Source: the human T2T-CHM13v2.0 reference genome, Homo sapiens
DNA length: 64,000 nt
Assembly (NCBI RefSeq): GCF_009914755.1
Contig: NC_060931.1
Strand: one strand, 5' to 3'
Within the stretch, counting starts at the first letter, position 1; every line of letters starts with the position of its first letter. The position numbers and the translations under genes are program-made. The notes below the pieces were generated by a model. That model saw only the letters and a program-made list of their open reading frames with translations. It made no database searches and was not told where the DNA came from. Below, piece after piece: positions 55,501 through 64,000 of the stretch.

Positions 55501-58500
55501 TAATGAGACTGGAGAGTGAGATAAAAGGGAAAAGGAAAAAAATGAAAGAGAAAGGAAAAAGCAATAACACAAATGCTGTGGTTTCAATTATTTGGGGGAG
55601 AGGCAGGACCCGGGGCCAGCAGCAGCCTGCAGGGAGGGAAGGGGAGAGGCAGGCAGCATGCAGGATGGGGCGGGGTGCACCATAGGAGCAGGGGTGCTGA
55701 GGCCCCGGATCAGGCTCATTTCCCACGATTGCAACAGCACGGGCTAGGAGCTGCAGCCACTTAGGTGACGCCCTGCTTCATGGCGAGGAGAATGAGCTCT
55801 GGCACCGCACGCTGCTTTGTGGGTGTCTGTCATCTCATTCCAGGAACACCCTCACACCCCAAAGTGCATCAGGGACAGGCGCTATGATCCCACTTAGCAA
55901 ACGAGGAATGGAGGTTTGCAGACCCCAGCTAAAATCCAAGTTTCCTGAGGCCCTGAGCCCATCATGCCCCAGAAGGGCTCTCTGGGGGCAAGAGAGCTGG
56001 TGCAGTGGCATTCCACGCTGGGCAGGGAGGGGACAGCTAGGCTCGGGTTCCCACTCAGGCCACCCGCCAGCTGGGTAAACTTGGGCAAGTGCCTCAGCCT
56101 TTCTAAGCAAGAGCTTCCCTCCCATAAAGTGACGGAGAGGAATCCTGCCTTTCACAGGGCCATGAGGACCACCTGCGGTAAAGCATGGTTCCCCAGTTTG
56201 CAAACTACAAAGTGCAGTCACAACAATAGAAGTGCCTTGTGCTGCTGGTCAGGTGGCATCACCCCCACCTCAGCTGTGCTCTCTGTGGCAGCTCTAAGAC
56301 TCTGTCCCCCCACCCCATCCTCCTCGGTCCACCTCTGAGGGTGAAGAAGCTGGGAGCCCCCAGATGCTCCTGTGCCCCACAATGTCCACGCAAAGCAAGG
56401 CTAGAGGACTCCCAGACACAGCAAGTCTGTAACCAAGCTGGAAACTCCTGCCAAGTCACCTGACTCCCAGGGAAGGCTCCTGCAACGCAGCACACTGCCC
56501 ACCCCATTCATTCATTCATTCAGCAAACAGTGCCGAGCTCTCGCTGTGCACTGAGCACGCAGATACAACAGAGAACAAAGCAGATGGGCTGCTCTCCACC
56601 CACCTGGAGCTCAAGGCCTGGTGGCGGGGAGAGGGACAGGGAACCTCCTCCAGTACTGCAGGAGGCGGAGGACCAAGGCTGCCTGGCTCCCAAGGTGTTT
56701 CTCATCCTGGATAAGCACCCAAAAAGGAGAGGGGTTTATCTGAGGCCAACCACAGGCCACAGCATAGAGATCTTTATGGGCAAGACTAAGGACATGGAGG
56801 GGACTTTAGGGGAGCACCCCACATTCATCACCTGTCCCAGCACCCCTCCCTCTTCTACTGACCCTGACTCCCATGGCCCTCCTGCCCACGTCGGGAGGGA
56901 AGTTCTGTTAAACTCCCTCACACTAAAGGGCTAAATACTTTCTGTCTCTATACTGGGAGGGGGCAATGAGAGAGAACGTGTTTTTAAGGAAAAAGGAGCA
57001 TTCTAAACGCAGAAGTTCTCTAAGGGAGGAGTTTCAGGAACGCTTCAGGGAAATACCAACATGTGAAGGGCTTTCTTGGAACCTCCAAAATCACCCCACC
57101 CAGGAAGCCACCTCTGGGGAGAAAAGAGGCCCAGTCTCCCCCCTCACACACCCCCAAGCTGGCCCTTCTGCTGCCCCATGGCCCCCCTCCCCAGAGCCCA
57201 AGGCCACCATCAAACTCTGCTCCCATCTCAGACAGCTCTTCGCAAATATTTACATAGCTCCTCTCCGGGGGCTGCAGAAGACGCAACACGGAGAAGCCGC
57301 TCTCCCGACGCTCTCCAGACCCCAGGGTGGGTCAAGGAGTAGATAGCACCCTTCAGTTGCGTCATGCCTGCCTCACCCCTGGAGCAGGACTGGGATAGGA
57401 AGACTGCAGCCCCGGCAGACCAGGACAGACAGCCGCAGCTCAGGAATGACCCCCGTGGAGCCCCTCCAACAGGCCTCTGATCCAGCTAGAGAAGGGAAAG
57501 GTGGAGGGAAGGTGCTGCAGGGCAAGAGGCAACTGGCTCGGAAGCAGGGCCCCCATGGACCCCCGCCCGCACCTGGCAGCCCTGCAGATTCTCCCACTCA
57601 GCCCTGTCTCCAGGCTGCACCAGGCCTTGACCAGAAGGATAGGAACACCGCTGTCCCCATGATGAAGGGCGCTCCCCTGATAGCTTCAGTGCCACAGGAA
57701 AAGTTCTCCTGTGTCTAAGCCCCATCCTCTGGGATCGCTCTGGTCTGCCTCCTATCTCAAGACAAGAAAACCCACTTATACACCAATCCCTGTCCCACCT
57801 GCCTTCCCAGCCTCAAGGCTCCCCTTCAAGGAAAAGCTTCTTTCATCCTCAGCTCAGACCTAGGGGGCTGAAAAGAAGCAGAAAGTGGGTGTCTGAGCTG
57901 GGGAGGGGTCAGCCATGAGGGAGAAGGTGAGGCGTGGTGGTGACAAGAGCAGGGCGTCTGATTTAAAGGAATGGGCACAGGAAGAAATGAAGAAGGCAAG
58001 GAAGAAGACAGGACAGACGGCCTTGGGGGACGGAGAAGGGCAGGAGGCCCAGAGGAGTGGGGCTGATCACAGGAGGTACTAAGGATTTCAAGGCAGTCTG
58101 AGGTCTGAGGCCTGCAGGAGCACTGGGGAGGCTGGGTTCCAAGGCCGGGGACAGACCGAAGCCCACTGGGCGTGGGGCCACCTCTGAGGCCCTGGGCACA
58201 GTGCACTGGGGAGCAGGCCTGGACAGCAGGTCCCCACCCCCTCCCAACAGCCGCAGCATCAGCTGTTGCAGTGGGGGGCCCTCTGACCCTGTTACCATGG
58301 CAACCGGCCTGCAGCTGGAGTGGAGAAGCTAATAGACTCCTCTCCAGAGACACCACCGTCCCCACCCACGCACAAGCTCCCGGGGACACAGGGACATGGA
58401 GCCAGGCCAGGCCAGTCAGAGGTATGAGCAGCCAGACAGAGCCTTCCAGATAGAGGCTCCGAGGGGTGGGGGACAATGGGAGAGAGGGAGAGAGGCAAGG

Positions 58501-60169
58501 AGCAAGGTTCCGGGGTGCTGAGGCGAGGGAAGAAGACAGGAGGAGGCACCAGAGAGGAGATAAAGACCAAGGGACAGAGAGTAAGCCAGGCAGGCAGAAG
58601 ACAAAGGCAAGGAGATGTGGGGAGTGAGAGAGGAGCCGAGAAGGTGGGCACAGTCAGGCTGGCTGAGCACGGTGGCAGGGAAGCAGGGAGCAGAGGCAGG
58701 AACAAAGAGCAGAGAGGATGCAGGGGGACAGAGAGAAGGGACTCTGTGAGGACTGGCAGAGGAGGAGCCACAGCCCCCATGGCGATGTGGGAGCACAGGT
58801 GTGGACCCAGCCAGCACCTGCTGCCCGGGGTGCCTCCCCAGGGCCTTGCGGGGATGTTACCGCCAGCCAGCCTCACACCACTGGACTCTGCCCCCAATTC
58901 CACCTGAATCCCGGGCCTGACTTCAAGGGGCACAGGGCCAGTGAGCCCCAGGCACCTCATGTCTCTCCCTTCAGCCCACACTCCCCCAGTCTAGCCTCCC
59001 CACCTCCCAGCAGTCCCAGCAACTAAATAATGGGGCTGTCTGGCTCCAGGCCCTGACACTGCGCAGAGCAAGGCTAGAGGCACCAACACAGCACAGCTGT
59101 CCACGGCGGCGCCTGCCAGCAGAAGGCTCCACCTCCTGCCCAGCTCCCCCTACCCGAGGCTGGCCCAGGCAGAGACCCTGAGAAAGGCCTGGACAGAAAC
59201 AAGGGGTGGCGCAGGCATTCCTCACCTCCGCCTCCCTACCAGGCCCATGTGTGAGTACACACACAGGCACGCACACACGCAGCCCAAGCCAGGTCCCGGG
59301 GATCACAGGAGGGACTGAGTGTTTCAAGGCAGAAGAAGCGGAGGCTGAGGAAATCTGTCTGCATCACCCCAGGCCTAGAATGCCAGGATACATGGGGTCC
59401 TAGGTGGCTGAGTGCCAGGCCAGCCTGTTGGCCAACAGGAGACACCTGAGCCCCGTGGAAACTAGGTGAGAGTGAAGAAGGGGACAGACAGAGATTGCTG
59501 GCACAGAGTTTTCTGGGTCACAGCCCCATTTTTTGGAGTTGTAACCTGGAGAGGGGACAAGTTTGAACTTGGGCTGGGGATCTGGGTTCTAATCCCACTC
59601 CTTCCACTGATTCACTGGTCATCAGACCTCTGCTTCTCCGTCCTTCCACCTGCAAGTGGAATGGGTTGGATTAGGTGATCCCACAATAACTCCTCTGCAG
59701 AAGGGGGCCCATAGCCATCCTCTCCAGAAGGGGCCAGCCTAGACTGGGAGGGAGGGCCAGCTCCACGTAAGAGCACTCCACACATACCACAGCCAAAGGA
59801 AAGAGCCCTCAGCCGCTGCTGCCAAGAGGCCAAATCCCCAGCACAGCTACATCGTAGTGGGACTGGCACCGTGTTTACAGAGCACGGCCCGTTGCAGGCA
59901 CTCTCTATGAAAGCTCAGCACCCTTGTGAAGGTCCAAAGCAAGGCACGTTATCCCAGAAGTAGAAACAGGCCCAGGGAAGTCAACCAACTTGTCCAGTAG
60001 TGTATAATTTCCAGCATTGTCTTAGACACAAACCCAGGACTTATGGGTTCATATTCTTTTCAGTACACCTGTGGTTGGCAAACTTTTACAATAAAATTTC
60101 ACATGAGATAATGTACAGCATACAGATAGACCTGCAACTACCTGGTGTCATTTTCAATATATGACAGAC

Positions 60170-60362
60170 AGAACAGAGCGCACAGGGCTCCGGTCAGACA
60201 GATGTGGGCTCCGTTCCCAACTGCTATTTTCTAGCTGTGTGACTGTGTGAACTTCAGTTTCTTCATCCCCCAAAATGAAGACAACAGTAGTGTCTACCTC
60301 CCTGGGTTGTGAAGAGTGCCTGAGATAAGAGAAGTAAAGCATTTGGCCCAGTGTCTAGCCCC
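60170..60362 (+). mobile_element. MIR
   Basis: ctagctgtgtgact...cttcagtttcttcatc...aaaatg...ctacctccctgggttgtgaag. Confidence 0.8.
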
Positions 60363-61379
60363 TAGAAACCATCCACTGCCTTCAGGGTTTGAGTCTAGTC
60401 TCACAGCCCCTGCCTCCTGCCAGTTAGAACCCTGATTTGCTGTGAGCGAACCTTCTTCCACAGGGTGCAGGGACCATGCCCCCTCTAGTGCCGTCCAGTG
60501 ATGCCACAGACTGTGCACGCCTGCAAAAGCACAGCCTGGAGGATGCAAAGCTTTGCAGGGCCCCCCCAGCCAACCCTGAGCACACAGGGCTGGCACATGG
60601 GGCTGGCTGGCCTGGTCCCAAACAGAAAGCAGAGCGTGCTCACTGTCTACAGCAGACAAGCTCCCTGAGGGCAGGAGCCTCATCTGTCCTGCCCATCTCC
60701 AAGAGCCTAGTGCCTGCCAGGCTCACAAGGGTTGAGTCAATGCTTATGGGACACACGCTAGGAAGCAGCAAGGTTTGCACGCGTTCCAGAGCCGCCTCTG
60801 CAGCCGGATTCTGCCCACAGGACCCCAGTCCTCCTGCTCTGCCCGCCCTGACCAGAGCCCACCCCAACAGGGCATTCACGGTGTGGGAACAGCCCCACCC
60901 CGGGCTCTGTTTATCCGCTCTCCGGAAGCCCAGAGCAGCTGTGCTGGGAGGCGGTGGCTGAGTAAAGACACCTGGCGCAGGAGAGGGTGGCAGGGCGGGG
61001 CGCTCGACAGCTGAGACAAAGGGAACTGAGGTTGCGGGGAGAGGCACGCACCTCCCCCAGGTGCTGCTGAAGCGCAGGGCAGGAGGGGGGCAGCAGAGAC
61101 AGCCAGAGTCCTGCAGCCCTCCTGTCCCTCCATGACATCTCCCAGACCTGTCACCTGGCAGCAACTGCCCTAAGGTAGATAGGGGCCTGTGCCCGGATGT
61201 CAGCGCACAACTGCCAATCTGACCTTTGACCTCCATCCACGCACGTACCTGCCATCCCAGCTCGGTCTAACTCTAGTCCAACTTGCTCTACGTGCCCACA
61301 CCTGCCCAGGGAAAAAAAGGACCAGAGGAGCCAGACCCACAGCCTAGCAACTCCTTTGCCCTCCTGAAAACCATCTCAG

Positions 61380-62220
<841 letters not shown>

Positions 62221-62439
62221 GATTCCCTTTGCATCGGCTCTCTGGATTCTGCTTTTAATTTCCCTGCTCTCCAGACTGGGGGGCGCTCCCTGAGCCACTC
62301 CTTATCCTGAGGCTCCCTAGGAAATCACTCCCCGATTATCTGAGGATCCTACCAGGTCAGTACCCCCTAGAACTTCTGCACACCACCCCCGCCCCAAGGG
62401 CAGTCAGGAGCTGAGGGGTGGGTGTGCCAGAGAGGATGA

Positions 62440-62625
62440 GGGAAGTTACACGTTGAACACCTAAGGACGCTGCATCTCATTAGGTCCTCTGACAACCCCA
62501 TAAGGTAGGTGTTATTATCCTCCTTTTATAGATGAAGAAACCAAGGCTCCAGAGAAGTTCGGCACCATGCCCAAGTCTTGCAGCTTGTAAATGATAGAGC
62601 CAGCTTTTGAACCTTGGTCTGGCAG
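62440..62625 (-). mobile_element. MIR
   Basis: acaaccccataaggtaggtgttattatcctccttttatagatgaagaaaccaaggctc. Confidence 0.8.
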
Positions 62626-64000
62626 AGGCAGAAGAATAAGCTGAGGGTCACAGGCAGAAGCCCAAGGTCATAGGAAGCAAAGAGAGGGACCTGCAGCTCC
62701 AAACCCTGGACACACCTGGAGCCTGGGCGGGGCCTGAGACTTTGGCCCCACTTGTAGGAAAACAGACCCAAGAAAGGGGACCTGCCCAGGGATGTGAGGC
62801 CTTCCTCAGTTTGGCCTCATCCTGGATGAGCACCCCCATGGTTCCATTTCTGCCAGACTTGGCTCCCTGACTCCAGGCCTGCCCGGAGAGCCAGGCTGGC
62901 GAGTGAGCAGCAGGCAGGCAGCAGCCTCACTTGTGCCAGGCAAGATGCTCCTGGGATAAGAGCTTTTTATAAACAGAAGTTTCCGGCCACTTTGGCCTGT
63001 AATGCTGGGGCTTTCAGTAGCAGTTGGAATTCTCCCCCTCCCTTCCCCTCCCCTCCCCAGCAAGCATAGCCCTCAGGTTGCAGCCCTAGGCAATCCTACG
63101 TGCAAGGCTGGGCTGCAGCAGGGCACCCTGAGATAGGCCCAGGCCATCAGGACTTGGCCTCCTCCCACCTTTCTCGATTCTCCCTTCCCCTGGCCCCCAG
63201 AAAGTTGCCTTTTGGAACTGGTTCATCTTTTGGCCAGTTCCCAAGGCCCCCCAGACCTCCCAGGCAGCCATCAATTCCAGGAGTCAGGGTTTCCTGTCAC
63301 CTGAAAAGACCCCCTAACTCGGCCTCCAGCTCTGCCACAGTCCAAGGCAGTCCAGAGGCCCAGCCACACACCCCAGCTTCATAGAAGAAAAACCACCCCT
63401 TGTCCTCTCTCCCAGGCTGGGGAAAGAAGAGCAAGTTTCTTCGAAGGCATGCCCCACCCCACCACACACCCTTCACTGAGATCCTGGAATACAGGGATGG
63501 GACAGAAAGCCTGCCCCTCCTCCACAGACCTGGAACCTGAGACCCAAAGAGGGAAGAGTCACTCAAGGTCACATGGCAGTCAGTGGCAAAGGTAGGGCTA
63601 GAATCCAGCACCCCCCCCCACATCCATCCCAGCCTCCTCGTAGGCCCGCCCACAGCCTCCCCCTGGGCCCACCCCCACCTCTCAGGGAGGCCCTCAACCA
63701 GTGTCATTGTCTCCACCCCCTCAGGATCATCTTGTTCCTCCGCTTCACACAATACTGACCATCGGACTGACCCCTCCTTCCCCCAACCACCGTTACAAGC
63801 ACGCGTTGTCCTGTGCTCACAGGGTCATGGACAAGGAATGTCATCCTCTCCCAACTCCCAGGGCCCTTGGCAGTCACACCCACTGTGGCTCATGCAGCCT
63901 TAGGGACAGGCACATGAATGCTGCCCACCCCCAGGACATTTGCCTAATCTGGGACCCTTCTAGAAGCCTCCCTACCAGGCAGGCATTAGGGGTGCTGTAC

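Noticed and set aside
62955-62986. TATAAAAAG on the minus strand with nearby ETS-like motif in intron 1
   Set aside because: No initiator, exon or downstream start codon supports an alternative promoter.

Overview
Human chr7q36.1 DNA. The right half (about 31.8-64 kb, GC-rich, CpG-island rich) holds KCNH2 (hERG/Kv11.1) on the minus strand. Coding exons 2-15 were located with GT-AG boundaries, and each exon length matches the canonical 1159-aa mRNA; exon 1 lies beyond the right edge. The sequence elements of three known alternative isoforms are visible: exon 1b (hERG1b, MAAPAGKASR...VAQE), the 5'-extended exon 3 of Kv11.1-3.1 (MSSHSA), and the intron-9 read-through with its AGTAAA/poly-A site (hERG-USO). 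The haplotype carries synonymous alleles c.1467T, c.1539T, c.1692G and c.1956C with K897 and R1047. The left half (1 to about 31 kb) is intergenic sequence 3' of KCNH2, made mostly of Alu, old L1, MaLR/ERVL, MER20, MIR and a complex (GATA)n repeat. I found no new protein-coding gene. The best unexplained observations are: a 46-bp-stem hairpin in an MLT1 LTR; a 70-bp near-perfect direct repeat 2.7 kb apart; a duplicated, stronger-looking splice donor 41 nt after exon 11; an antisense Alu in intron 2 with both a CAG acceptor and a GT donor; uORFs in the 1b and 3.1 leaders; and NKX2-5/MEF2 motif clusters in introns. Repeat subfamily calls and boundaries are by eye and approximate.
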